A stretch of 63,835 bases of DNA, counting the filler, from Hyphochytrium catenoides (Eukaryota; Protista; Hyphochytriomycota), in assembly GCA_900088475.1 (NCBI GenBank). It is 9 parts of 9 records of this genome, joined end to end, with 100 filler letters (N's around TTAATTAATTAA, not from the genome) between each part and the next. Parts side by side here need not be neighbours in the genome. Positions count along the whole stretch, not along the records: positions 28,536 to 40,481 come from FLMG01004285.1; positions 40,582 to 42,737 come from FLMG01003847.1; positions 42,838 to 57,659 come from FLMG01002885.1; 6 more parts are not named here. One strand, 5' to 3'. Positions 37,301 to 50,500 of the stretch are shown piece by piece. Under the pieces are notes generated by a model. It did no database searches. It saw only the letters and a program-made list of their open reading frames with translations, and was not told the origin of the DNA. Made by a program: the position numbers and the translations under genes. How positions within the stretch are numbered: the first letter of the stretch is position 1; the number at the start of each line of letters is the position of its first letter.

Positions 37301-37530
37301 GAGATACTGTCATTTTGCATCTCAGCCTCTTTCGTTTGTGTCTCTTCTTGTTCCTTTGCCTCTCTCTGAAGCTCTTGGGCGATCTCTTCCGCTGAAGCCT
37401 CGGCCCGAGCCTTTTGTCTGATGCTCTGCAGCTTTGAAGCTGCATTCTCTTCTGAGGAAAGAGACGGTAATGAAGAGGTGAGGAGAGCGAGCGGGAGAGC
37501 GCGGAGGAACTAAAAGGGGAAATTGGAGAA

Positions 37531-37581
<51 letters not shown>

Positions 37582-39620
37582 GGGAAGGAAGACCGCAAGA
37601 CAGAAGAGGAAGAGAGTCTCTAATGAACGCTACTACTGAGGAAAGAGCAGTAGAACTTCCTAGGTTAGCGAGATGCACTCTTCCAGAAGAGACAATATTT
37701 GCTCAGAGCCATAAAAGCGATTGGAGGAAACAAGAGTCAAAGGGACACCACAAACAGTGCAACTGTAGAGAGAGACACACACAGAGAGAGAGAGAGAGAG
37801 ACAGAGAGACAGAGAGAGTATGAGGTACCGAGGACGACGATAGCGCTAGGTCAGGAGAGAGATAAGCGAAGGTGGCGGGAGAGAGAGCGACAAGCGACTG
37901 AGACAAAGGAGGTAGAGGGAATCTATGGAATGTACCTGCTGCAGCGCTGTTGTCCTTCACTTCAAACTCAAACTCATCTTCCGCGACAGCAGGGCCGTCA
38001 TTCTTTATCGAGTAGCTCAATGCTTTCTGTGGGAAAAGAGAAAGCCGGCAAGCGACGGTACGGCAACAGAGAGAGAGAAAATGAGACAGGGAGCGAAAGA
38101 GAGGAGAGAGAGAAGAGAGGACGGAGTATGAAAAGAAGTTAACTGCCATTCATTTCCAGTCAGGAAGCGGATGCCGCACCATTCTAATCTTACCTCTGTC
38201 TCAGACCCTTTCAAATCTTTCTCCATGCTCTGTTCATAAAGAGAACACATTATAGATTTCAAGAAAGAGAGAGAGGAGAGAATGAGAGTTTGTACATATG
38301 AAAGAGAGAATGTCATTGAAAGAGAGAGAGAGACAGAGAGAGACAGAGAGAGAGAGAGAGAGGGGTGAGAGAGAGAGTGAGAAAGAGAATAACGAAAGGG
38401 GCGACAGTCAGAGTGAGAGTGTGCACATGTTACCTCGAACATAGGTGCAGATGGTAACTGATATTTCTCTCTCGCCCTCTTCTTCGCTGCAGCAGACTTG
38501 AAGCTGATGCCAAAGACATCATCCGTAATCGGAGCTGGGACATCGAGAGAGAGAGCTTCGGAACTAAGGGACAAGACGAGAGAGTGAGATTGGTCCCAAA
38601 AGCAGAAGAGAGGGCTCAAATTATGTAGGAGAGGGCCAAGGTACCACTCGGAAAACAGATCGCCACAGAGAGTAAGACACACATCACATTATACAGCGAG
38701 GGTAAATGAAAGAAGAGAGAGAGAGAGAGGGTAGGAGAAAAACGAGTCATAGAAGAACATCGCGAGGCCAGTTGAGCCGCCAGAGGGAAGAAGATTTAGA
38801 GAAGAAAGAGAATCAGCAGAAGAGACAATCCATAAAAAGCTATCGTTACCTTGTTTCTGACTGAGGACCGAGAGCCGCGAGAAGAGTGTTTTCCTTTCTC
38901 TCTTCTTTTCCGATCCCGTCATCTCCTTCGAAGACTTCGAGCTGCTCTTCATCGCTGTCATCGCCCCGTGGTGCAGAGGAAGAGAGAGCAGGACGAGATC
39001 TGGGCTTTATTGTTTTCCTTACTGGAGGTGAGATGGCTGCTTCCTCCTGGGAAAGAGAGAGGCAGAACCGACATAGGGCGAGGAGACGGAGAAATAACAG
39101 GGGAGACCGCAGAATATCAAGAAAGAGAGAATCGAGAGAAGGGTTGAGAACGTGTCCAATATTTTTGGAGAGGAGAGAAAAATAGAGAGAACAGCAGAGA
39201 GAGGAGAACGAAAGAAAGTGAAAGATTGTGAGGAAGAGAGGGCGATCCCCCGACAGCAAAGACGAGGATGAGGAACGCAAGAGAAGAAGAATGTGTGTCT
39301 TTTGAAGACAGAGACAGAGAGAGAGAGAGAGACATAGACTGACAGACAGGCAGACAGACAGATAGGTGACGGACTTCTTCCTCACTGGAGCTCGACTCCT
39401 CTTCCTCCTCTCCTTCTGACTTGCTCTTAGCATCCTTAGTCACTTCCTCTCGTGGCGGCGCCGCTTCTTCCTCTGCCAGCTTCTTAGGACTGCTGAACAC
39501 GTATAATACTTGCGTTAGAATATATGAAGGGCAAGTCACCGAAAGGAAGAATAGTAATTAGGTGGCAGGGCAGAAGAGTAGAACAGCGGTTCTAACGAGG
39601 TGGCAAATCAGAGACAGGAC

Positions 39621-39667
<47 letters not shown>

Positions 39668-39958
39668 AGAGAGAAAGCGGACAGAGAGACTAGGAGACCG
39701 AAAAATCATCGGAAGAGAAAATTGGCAAGCAGCCGGAAGGAGAGATAAAAATGAAAGGCAGAGAATCGGTGAGAACAGAAGGAAGGAATTGGAGAATAGT
39801 CGAAGAGAGAGACCAAAGAGAAAGAGAAGAAAGAAGAGAAAAGCATGCGAATGGGAATCTTGCCTGGTCTCTCCTTCGCTGTGAGCCTTCACGTCGAGGA
39901 TCTGTCCCTCTCCCCCGACCATGAGGTCAATCCCACGCACCTCGTCCTCCTTCGACAT
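34344..39958 (-). CDS. ELMO/CED-12 domain protein (ELMOD3-like, putative ARF/ARL GAP), multi-exon
   Basis: HQRMLQTLYRRMT...GGHWE/IGFQGNDPATDLRGVGMLGLLQALHF, YPLACTFVNLS, LYRRW...EFPYILEAVK. Long charged low-complexity N-terminus. Stop at 34344. The 5' exon model is tentative. Confidence 0.85.
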
Positions 39959-40253
39959 GACACAGCCAGCGAGACCAAGGGTTAAAAAGAGGGAGAGAGA
40001 GAAAGAATGAAGCCGCAAGACGAGAAAGTTCGGAAGTCTTTGATTGGAGAGAAAGGAGCTTCTGTGCAGTGATCTTTAGAAATGGAGGTGATCCCGCCAA
40101 CTTCCTATCTGCCTCTCTGTCTCTGTCTCTCTCCGCTATCCACCTCTTTCTGGTCGCTCAGTTGGAGAATCGAACGTGCTGTGGTTGCTTTACCTCCTCT
40201 CGCTCTCTCGCTCCCTCTATACTCTTGCCCTCGCTCTACCGTGTCTCTCTCTC

Positions 40254-40288
<35 letters not shown>

Positions 40289-40481
40289 CATCTCCGCAGA
40301 AAGCTTCCTTCTTTTCATCTTCCCGCTCGCTCTTCCCTCTCGTCCTAAGTCGTTCTTCCAATCCTAGACCCTCACATTCTCTCTTCCTCTTTCACTCTCT
40401 TTCTCCTCCTTGTCTCTCTCTCCTTACTCTCTGTCTGTTCTGCCTCTCTTTCGCGCTAGTTCTTCTTCTCTCTCTCTCTCT

Positions 40482-40581
40482 NNNNNNNNNNNNNNNNNNN
40501 NNNNNNNNNNNNNNNNNNNNNNNNNTTAATTAATTAANNNNNNNNNNNNNNNNNNNNNNNNNNNNNNNNNNNNNNNNNNNN
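40482..40581. other. Artificial scaffold-joining spacer
   Basis: 44 N + TTAATTAATTAA + 44 N. Confidence 0.97.
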
Positions 40582-40593
40582 ATTAAGAAGGAT

Positions 40594-40635
<42 letters not shown>

Positions 40636-40930
40636 GCAAATGAAGTGATGGGAAGATAGATTGGAAAGCATAGCGCAAGGTCCAGGAAGAAAGAGAGAAT
40701 AAAGGAGAGAGCGAGAGAAAAGAACAGAAAGAGCGGGTTGAAAGAAACAGAGAGAGGGAGAAGAAAGGAATAGCAACACATATATATATATAGAGAGAGA
40801 GAGACAAGGGATCGGAGAGAGTGAGAGAGACCGATAAAGGAACTGATAGAGAGAGAGAGGCCAAGAGAGAGAGAGAGATAAAATAAATCAGAAGCGAACC
40901 GTGTGCAATGGGAGACAGACACAGAGAGAG

Positions 40931-40968
<38 letters not shown>

Positions 40969-41729
40969 AAAGAGAGAATTATAGCCTTCTATACAGGAAA
41001 ACCCTAACAAATTCCCAAAGGCCTCACCTTTCCAGAGGTCAACTGATGTCCAGACCTGACCATAGTTCTTAGCGGAAGAGAGAGAGACGCGCCGATGCGA
41101 GGAGAGAGAGACAAGCTGGCGGTAAGAGCTCTGGAAGGTCTTGACGCGGGAGGGTAAGAGAGAGACTGCCGGGAAGAGAGAGAGAACGCGCGTGCAGAGA
41201 CCTTGTTACACGCTCTTTCTCTCTCTTGAAGAAAGAACTGGCTGGCAGTGCGAGACAATGATCTAAGCGTTCTCATTGAAATCTATGAGGGGGAGACTGC
41301 AGGCGGATGAGATGGTTGAAGAGTTAGTCAGAGAAGGGAACAACTTCGAACACGTGGACAGAGAGAGGGGAAGACATCAGACAGAGATAAGGAAGGAAAC
41401 GCGCCCGGAGGAGGGGGGAGAGAGAGAGAGAGAGAGAGAGNNNNNNNNNNNNNNNNNNNNNNNNNNNNNNNNNNNNNNNNAGAGAGAGGGAGAGAGAGAG
41501 AGAGAGAGAGCATCGTTTTATTCTCCTGACATCATCATCAGAACCCACAGAGCACCACAACCCTCCAGGTCGGATATTATTCATGATGAAAAACGTTAGA
41601 TTCTAGTATCATCACTGCAAAAGACTCTATATCCCGAACAGCGGAGGGCGTGTTTGCCGTCTGTCGCAGTGGGCTTCAGATCTTTGGTTGAGTCTTCTCC
41701 TCCGCGGCTGGTCTGCTTCTTGCAGCCCT

Positions 41730-41775
<46 letters not shown>

Positions 41776-42441
41776 TTTTCTCCCTCTCTCTCTTTCATTG
41801 CTCCTATCTTCTCTCTTGCATTGCTCCTATCTTCTCTCTTGTTGTTCCCTTACCCACTTGGATTCTCTCTCTCTTTCTCTCCTCTTTCAAGGTAAATGAT
41901 CTTCCTCTATCTTATAGCCGTCTTTCTTCTTCGAGGAAGATAACGCTGCAGGCACGACAGAGCAATCGCCCTTGATCTCTCACTGTTGTCGGCGACTCTT
42001 TACCGCTAGCAACTGAAGAAGAGCGCGTCTCCAGTTCTCAAAAGATAGAGACTCGCGTCCGTTTTAGAGGTATCCGCAATCTTCCTCGTTTCTTCACTAG
42101 GACCTATCGCTGTCATTGCCAAGCTAGCAGCAGCAGCTCTAGCGAGCTAAGAAGAGAGAGAGAAGAAAGCTGTTTGTGGGCTTCACCGGTGCCGCAGATG
42201 ACTTGCCAAGCGCTAGACGACGGAGAAAGAAGAGAAAGAAGACACATTTCCCCAGCGCTCTAGACTTCTGTCCCGAGGCAAGGGCTGAAGACTGCAGAAG
42301 AAAGTAAAACGCTGCTCTGTCTTTATTTATAAAAAGAAAAGTTCTATACATCTTCCATACTTCTCAGCGCTTTTCCATCTCTCTTCTGCTATCATCAGCT
42401 GCACGGCGTAGTCTACTCAGCTTCTCCACCTCAGAGTGGAC

Positions 42442-42737
42442 TCAAGAGGACAGCAGGACAGCAGAGCGGACTCCTGGCGCTGGCAGCGTGTTACCTTTTC
42501 TCGACTTTAGCCAGCACGTTCCGCCGCCGTAGTTGTTCCAAGAGAAAGCATTGCAGTTGGCAGTGGAGCGGCAAGCGTCGCAGCAATCTTCTGCCCTTGG
42601 GCGCCTCACATCCGTGAGATCATGGGCCACGTAGTCTACGTTCTCCTCAATCGAAGGACAGACAGAGCTGATGACAGCAGAGCGAACACCACGAGAGCGC
42701 TTTGTGCTTCCTTTCTGACTCTTCAGCCAGCATGTAC
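42442..42737 (-). CDS. 3' end of a tandem PAN/Apple-domain (CBEL-like) protein; 5'-truncated
   Basis: TCWLKSQKG...GVRSA then CPSIEENVDY...AEDCCDACRSTANCNAFSWNNYGGGTCWLKSRKG...GVRSA-stop: one complete PAN_4-type repeat plus the end of the preceding one. Confidence 0.88.
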
Positions 42738-42837
42738 NNNNNNNNNNNNNNNNNNNNNNNNNNNNNNNNNNNNNNNNNNNNTTAATTAATTAANNNNNNN
42801 NNNNNNNNNNNNNNNNNNNNNNNNNNNNNNNNNNNNN
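42738..42837. other. Artificial scaffold-joining spacer
   Basis: 44 N + TTAATTAATTAA + 44 N. Confidence 0.97.
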
Positions 42838-44534
42838 TTGTTGGGAGAGGTACCACTACTTTAAGGGCAAGCACATGAGGAGCGGCAGAAGAAGTATGCA
42901 GGTGATGGCGATCAGACGAGGTGGTTATTTGGTGTTCAGCAGGAGGAACTTAGTCATCATCGGTCCCGTCTAACCTCCGTACCCTCCTCACACGTCGTGA
43001 TAGAAAAAGGAGGAGGAGTTGAGGGCCTGTGCTCGCTGGTGGCACGTCAAGGTCTCTTCTACACCGTTATAACGCTCTATTCTTTACCACGTCGTTAGCC
43101 CTCTCACTCCTAAGGTCTACACTAGACACTTCTTGCAGATTATAACCTTCTGAGAGGTGGTCCTTGCTTCCCATCCTCCTCCTCCTCCTTGCTCTTCATC
43201 CTCCTGCTTCTTGTCCCTTCCCCCTCATCTCTCTCTTCGCCCCGCTCGCCTGCTGGCGGCAGTTATGGCCAGCCCAGCCCACCACCACCATGCCTTGCCA
43301 ACAGTCATCGCTTCTATCTCCTCCTGCACTTGAAAGTTCGTCTAGTTCTCGCACAGCCCATCAGCCCATCACCGACAGAGACTCTCCGTTGACTTCGCAC
43401 TACCGTTTTACAATTTGCTGTTTCCCTCTTCCTCCTATTTCTATCTGCATCTTCCTGTCAGCAGTCTCGTGTCAAGCAGCAGGCTACTACAGTACTACCG
43501 TTACGCTCAATCCAACCTCATCTCTCTTTTTCTCTCTTATCTCTCTCTCTCTGTGTCTCTGTCTCTGGTCTCTCTGTCTCTCTCTCTCTCTCTCTCTGTC
43601 TCTCTCCCTCTCCCTCTCTCTCTCCCTCTCTTTTAAGCCTTCTCTCTTTCCTTCTCTCTCTCTCTCTCTTCCCCTCGGTGCTTCCATATCTCTCTCCTCT
43701 CTCTGGCTCATTCCTTCATATCTCTCTCTCTGTCTCGCTCTATCGTAACCTGAAGTCCAACCAGTTCCTCTCTTTGTCGTTACCACTCCTGGAGTAGCTT
43801 TGGAACAGAAGCTTTCAGGTTCTCACGATATTTTCGAATCTTTCAGCGGCCCGCCCGTTATCCTTGGAGTAGTAATACAGCAGCACGAAAGGACATTGTT
43901 TGTCTGATAAACCTAACCTTAGTGCTTCAACTCATAGTAATAGGCATTGTAGTAATAATCAAGTATGAACTGTGAGTCTATAGATGTTAATATCTTGGGC
44001 TGCAGAAGTAGTAATATGCCCATCCTTTGGCAAAACAACGCAGAAACGCCCCACTTGCCACAACGTATTACTACTTCAGTAAATGGTCTGTCAGCCCTTT
44101 TGCCTGAGGCATATTATTACTTTACAGTAAGCCATACATAATGTTAGAAAGGGATCTTAGTGAAGTTATCTATGGTAAATAGAGGAAGTGGGGGTCCGTT
44201 ACATGCAGGGACCGGCACAGCCTTGGGGGGAATCGTCCATGGCTGTCTAATAGTTAGCCGCATCGAACAAAAATATGATACATTAGGTAGTTATCTTACC
44301 CTAATCCTTCTCCCAGTGGCCGTTGGTCCCATGGGAGGGTTGAGGTTTGGTGCTGGGCCCGGTAGTCGCGTCTCTCCAGATCTCAAGTCCATTCTTCCGC
44401 GTCAGCAGCCCTCTTCCTTTCCCTCTCTCTTCCCTCACACTTGGCTCTCTTTCGACTGTCTGTATCCTCTTTCTCTCTCTCTCTCTCTCTCTCTNNNNNN
44501 NNNNNNNNNNNNNNNNNNTCTTTCTTTCTCTCTC

Positions 44535-44568
<34 letters not shown>

Positions 44569-45202
44569 CTCTCTCGCTCTGTCTCCCTCTTTCCCTCTGT
44601 CTCCCTCTCTCTCTCTATCTCCGTCTCTCTCCCTCTGTCTCCCTCTCCTCGTTCTCGCCCTCTCTCATGGTTCTTCTACTGTGGCATCTCTGTCTTCTAG
44701 GTAGCCCCTCTGACTCTCAACGTCACAGCTTATTCCTATGACATAGNNNNNNNNNNNNNNNNNNNNNNNNNNNNNNNNNNNNNNNNNNNNNNNNNNNNNN
44801 CGAGACGACTATTTGCTACCTTCCTTCCTATTCCTTCCACCTGCTTTCTCGCCAGCCGCAGAGAAACCTGCTCGCTGAGGCCGTTATTACCATCTTTGGG
44901 GCAGTTTCCTTGGTCTGACGACGGTCTGGCAGAGCTCAAGCTGCAGGAGGAGCATTAAAAAAAGACCAGGCCCAAGGCGTACAGCTGAGATTTATTGATA
45001 GAAAAGACCGACATTGCGGCAAGAGCAGAGCACGCTGTCACAAGCTGGATCACTGGCAGAGGGCCTGAGCCATTCATAGAGACGCCACAGTCTTGCATCT
45101 CTGCAAAGTTCATTAGACTCTCAAACTCCTTCAAGTCCAAAAGAGAGACAGAGACAAAGAGAAAAAGAGCTCTTTCGCTCCAACTCCAACTAGAAAAGAA
45201 GA

Positions 45203-47013
45203 ATGTCAGAACAGGAGCGTATCGCGGCCATGCGCCAGGAGTTGGAGAGTCTGAAGAAAAAGATTGCAGAGTGGAAGGGCGCAGAGAAGAAGGGTGGCAT
45301 GGAAGAGTGCTCCTTCCCAGATATCAAGCCAACCGGCCCACAGCTAAAGGTGCGAGACTCCTTACTCGCTCGCTGAGCACAGACATCCTCCATCGCTCTC
45401 TTCTGACCTTGAGGGACCCTTACGGAAGCATGTCGGCCCTTGCTTGTCTATTGTCACTGCCTTTGCTCTGAGTCATCGCCTTAGCCTGCGTCGTCTCTCT
45501 CAGTCGATGTCATTTCCACTTTCCACTTATCGAGTGCATACGAGGACTCGACGGAAAGCCCTGCTTCATAGCTTGTTGATCTAATTACCCCTGCTTCGGA
45601 TAACCTCCGGTGAAAGTAAGCTTTGATTCAGAGTGAGGACTTACCGCTCTTTTCTTCACTCTCCCTCGCTCTGTGTTTTTTCCTATCGTGGGATCTCTTC
45701 TTTCTATTCTCTTTCCTTTCGGGTCCAGGTTCGCCGCGTCCTCAAGGGACACTTTGGCAAGGTTTACGCTGTGCATTGGTCTGGCGACGGCACTCAGCTG
45801 GTCAGCGCCTCACAAGACGGAAAGCTCATTGTCTGGAACGGCCACACTACCAACAAGCTGCAGGCTATCCCTCTGCGCTCCTCCTGGGTGATGACCTGCG
45901 CTTTCGAGCCTACCAAGGGATCAATGGTTGCTTGCGGAGGACTGGACAACCTTTGCAGCATCTATCAGCTTGGGCAACCTCAGGTACACTTCGTCTAACC
46001 TCATACGCTGTTTCTCTTCCCTCAGTGCTATCATAGGCTCTTCTTGCATGTCCTCCACTTGGGCATAGTTACATCAGCCAGATCCTATTGCTAATGGTAT
46101 CGTTTTTTACTTTTCTCACACTCCATTCCCTTCTCCCTTAAAAGGTCATGAGGGCTAGCAGAGAGCTTGCAGGCCATGATGGTTACCTCTCTTGCTGCCG
46201 CTTCCTTGACGAGCACCAGATCCTCACCAGTTNNNNNNNNNNNNNNNNNNNNNNNNNNNNNNNNNNNNNNNNNNNNNNNNNNNNNNNNNNNNNNNNNNNN
46301 NNNNNNNNNNNNNNNNNNNNNNNNNNNNNNNNNNNNNNNNNNNNNNNNNNNNNNNNNNNNNNNNNNNNNNATCTCTATTCTGTAGGGTCAGGGCGACAGT
46401 GTCTTAGACTCGTTATTCTGTCGTTCCATTTCACTCTCTCGCTCTACTCTGCCTCACTTTTCTGGAATTAACTCTTCCCGTCACCTCCTAGGTGTGGGAC
46501 ATCAGGACCGGAAAGTGCACACAGACGTTCGAAGGCCATGAGTCTGACATCAACAGTGTCAGCTTCTTCCCGGGCGGAACTTGCTTCGGCACCGGTTCGG
46601 ACGACAGTTCCTGCCGCCTCTTCGACCTGCGCTCTTATGGCCAAGTGAACCAGTTTGGCAATGACAAAATTCTTTGTGGAGTTACCTCTGTAGACCAGTC
46701 TACTTCTGGACGGTAAGAATTCTCACTGCTACACTGCTGAAGATACATTCTCACGCTCTTTCTCTGTTCCGTAACTCTCTCTCTTCTTCTCCTTCCCCCC
46801 GGGATCGCATGACACCTTCCTTTCAGATACCTCCTCTCAGGATACGATGACTATAACTGCTACGTTTGGGATATCTTCGCCACCCAGGAGAACCGCTCAC
46901 CCGTCTTCCAGCTGGCTGGGCACGAGAACCGTGTGTCCTGCCTAGGCATGAATAAGGAAGGCCAGGCTCTCTGCACTGGCAGCTGGGATACCCTTCTTAA
47001 GATCTGGGCATAG
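45203..47013 (+). CDS. GPB1: Heterotrimeric G-protein beta subunit (exons 45203-45349, 45729-45983, 46145-gap, 46492-46712, 46827-47013)
   Basis: N-terminal coiled coil [21 protein letters not shown], then [94 protein letters not shown]. Confidence 0.97.
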
Positions 47014-47505
47014 GTTGCAACCTAGTGAGCACGGTGCAAGGGAAAGGCAAGAGGTGAAAACGAGAGGGTGGTGACAAATGTAGGATCAGAAAGATTTAGA
47101 GTCGTTTCTCTTGAACCAATGATGGTGGTCGAGCTTGGGGGGATAGAAGCCCAAGCGTGAAGGTATTCAGCGGAGGAGGAACTATCGGCTATAAGAAGGA
47201 GACGTCGTGCCAATTACAGGGTAGACAGTCTGCCTTTAGTTCTGTGGCTTTGTTACATAATAGATAAACAAAGAGAAGCGCCTTAAAAGCAAAACTGTGT
47301 TGTCTTGGATACATTCTTTCAGAGAATTTTGATACATGTATGACAAGTGGAGGGCGACGCCATGTGAAGGACGGAGGTTCGACGTTCACACGCTAACGAT
47401 CTAAAGCTGGCAGGAAGCTACGTAGGCACCATTCGAGTTATTCTATTTGGATCTGTCTGGCAACTGGAATGTTGACTCAAAAGGATGCGCCTATTCCCGG
47501 AGATC

Positions 47506-50500
47506 TCAATCCTGAGGCAGGTCATCGTCATCCAGAGCTCTATTTTGATCCACAGGGTAGATCCACCGCTGATACAGATAGATGAGGAAGACGATGTCAT
47601 CTCTAAAGCAGCTGAGGCGATGCATTGTCGGCATGTGGATGATGAAAGCGAAGATATCATCGATGAATGTGTTCATGGCCCGATAGATCAGAAATCTGCG
47701 ACAGGGGATTTAATTGGTCAGTAGAGGCGAAGAATAGCCTGTTCTTCATCCGTTGAGATATCTTGCTCATGTCGAGTGTGACATGGCAGGGATTTCGTGA
47801 AACAAGAGGGAAAGTTATTGCCAGAGTACTAGGCGGTTTAGAGGCGAAAGAGAAGTGGAGGGCTCGAACGTCGGGTTTCAGTGAGTAAAGTTCGTATGGA
47901 ACAGATAAAGTAAACATATGCAGAGCTAGAGAGAACGGAGAGGTGGTGCCGGTCACATGAGGCTCCACGTACCTCCACGGCAGATGTGCAACCGACTTCA
48001 ATTTATAGTTGATGAAAAGCTGGGGCGTCATCAAGATAAAACCAAATGTGTAGACAACCCCTGCAGCGCTAGACAGAAGCCAGGAATACCAGCTTCGATG
48101 CTCTGAAGATGCAGAGAGGTCGAGAACGGGATCAACAACATTGGGTTGTCTAAGCCTAGCTAATAGCGTTTCCCTATAACCGCTTTTCCCAGCCCATTAC
48201 ATCTCTTCTAGTCCTTCCGCCTGTGCGTCATCTTACGTAGGCCAAAGCACGCCCCTCACTTTGTTTCAGAGTCTCAGTTTCTGCCCTGTGACCGTAGCCT
48301 CTGATCGTTTTCTCCTATGCAGTGCTCGCTCATACTTCCCTAATGCCTTACACCGCCCCAAGATCCTGTTCTAAACGACATGTTACCTTCATGAATCAGG
48401 GAGTAAATAGCATACCCCGCTATGAGAGGATAGAGGAACATGGAGAGATAGCTCATCGCAATCTTGTCAAAATTTGCGGTCTCTGAAGTGATGTTCTTTG
48501 AGTGTCCTTCACCTTTGATTGGCTCCAAAAGTCTGTCCATTGGCACAAGTCAAGAAGTTACCTTTGAGAACAACAGAATCTAGCTGGAAGTATGAAAGAG
48601 AGACGGTGACCACGTCCATACTCTGTGTTGTTGCAACAGAATCCAACTGAGTATAAAAGAGAGAGGGTGACCACAATGAGTGGCTGCAGAGAAATCCAGA
48701 CAGCACCTACCGAAGAGTTAGTCTCGGCAAGCCATGGCTCCAATCTACCTTGATAGCTGTTACCCGTCTTAGCTTCCAGATATGAATGAGGAGGCCAATC
48801 CCGGAAGGGAGGAGAATAAGAAGAGAGGTTTGTTTCTCCACGAGGAAAAGAAGCACTACGATCTGCGAGAACAAGGAGATAACCATAGTTCGTACAGAGA
48901 GGCCCTTCATGCTCTTCCTGCAGGATATAACAGCAAGCGAAGGTAAGGCCATGACTGACGTGGAACAGAGATAACAATAGGACGGTGTTGGTTGCTCTAA
49001 GGGTGCCGGCCCCCACAAAGTGTCCCTTAAGTGCGCGGCAAAACATTTAGCGCTGCGGTTAAGGTCGCTTCGTCTCATAGCAGCTGAAGCGGCGACTCGG
49101 TAATGACGGGGTCGGGGTCTCAAAAAGCCTGCAAGGCTGCCGCTTTGCTCACCTTTGTTTCCAGAAACTGATGTCGTTTTTGAAGGCCAAAAGGTCAAGA
49201 AGAGCATGTATAAGCGATATTCCAAACGTCAGAGCAAGGACAGAGATCTGAAGGTCCGCGAGCATGCTGCGGATGTCCTCAACATCGGCCTCGGTAAAGC
49301 CCATCCCTAAACCAGTGGGAGAGACACGGACGTTTAGAAGGATAGTTGGCCCTGACGGCATTCAGAAAGAGGTGGCAAAAATAGATTGACAGTTGCAGCC
49401 GCTGCTAACACTTTCTTACCCATCTGCGCCCGGATGGCATCTTGAAAGACGAGCATCAACTGCCATCGCGCCAATGAAATGGGAGCCAGCGATAGCTTCA
49501 GCGGCAGTGAGTCTACACTGCGATTGACTGCTACCAGCTTGTTTCGAGTTTGGCCAAGTTCGTCCACATACAACGCTGGAAGATACCTGTGAAGTAGCGA
49601 TTGCGTGACCTTACAGGATGGACGGGACAAGAGATGTTGAGCAGCTCCCTATTGAGAAAAGGAGATGTAGACGGAAGGCATGGCAGATGGGTGGCGCCGA
49701 GCAAGCATCCATCTAAGAGAATGTTCAAAACGACATTCGAGGAACACGGTACCTGTCCCCAAGTTCCTTCAGTCTATACTTCCTGATATTGTGGAAGATA
49801 AGATGCGGAACTTCGTAGAGAGGATAACGGGTAAAGTCCGTGACTAGATGAACTGCCATCTCAGGCTTCCAGAAGCTTTGACGGGAAAGAGAGTGCGCTA
49901 ACGCCGGATCGGGGCCTTCGAACTCATTGGGGAAATATTCAGCCGCTATATTGGGCTGCGGAGGCTTAGCTGCTCACAAACACGGAAATGAGAGCTACGT
50001 AAGTTGGCAATACTTAGCGCTAGTCACTGTCCGCACGCCTATCACGGGCGGCCATGGGCCAGCAGCTAGGAGACGAAGACAGGAGAGATGGTGTGACCAT
50101 CCCTCTCTACACCAAAGAGTCAGACAAAGGCAGAGGAAGGATGGTATGAAGTAGAAAGATATATCCTCTAATGCTGTCCAGCCTAATTCTACCTTTTTTC
50201 AAAGCTGGAAAGATGGTCCCAAGTAAACTCGTAGCGTTCCTTCCCTTTGTGGGCTCCATGCTCTTAAGAAGAGATGATGAAGCGTAGATGGTGTTCAGAG
50301 CATCGTAGGAGGGAGATGATGGGTCTGGAGAGTAGCCCTTGCGTGTCACATGCACATGTAAATAGAGGGGCTCGTAGCTCCACAACCTTTTCCAGAGCAC
50401 TCTTCTCGCTTTCCTGCGTGTGCGCGGCTAAGTTGAAGGCACCCTACTCAATGATGCTCAATAGCTCTTAATCCTTCGATTCCCTGTCCTTGACTCGCAG

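Noticed and set aside
36000-44741. Numerous SLSLSL / ERERER ORFs in the ORF track
   Set aside because: These are translations of (CT)n/(GA)n microsatellites.
23382-47013. A signalling cluster (prenylated phosphatase, Wee1, ELMO, PAN lectin, G-beta)
   Set aside because: The genes lie on four different scaffolds joined artificially. Their adjacency carries no biological information, apart from WEE1-ELMO and GPB1-CLPTM1-ARMC8.
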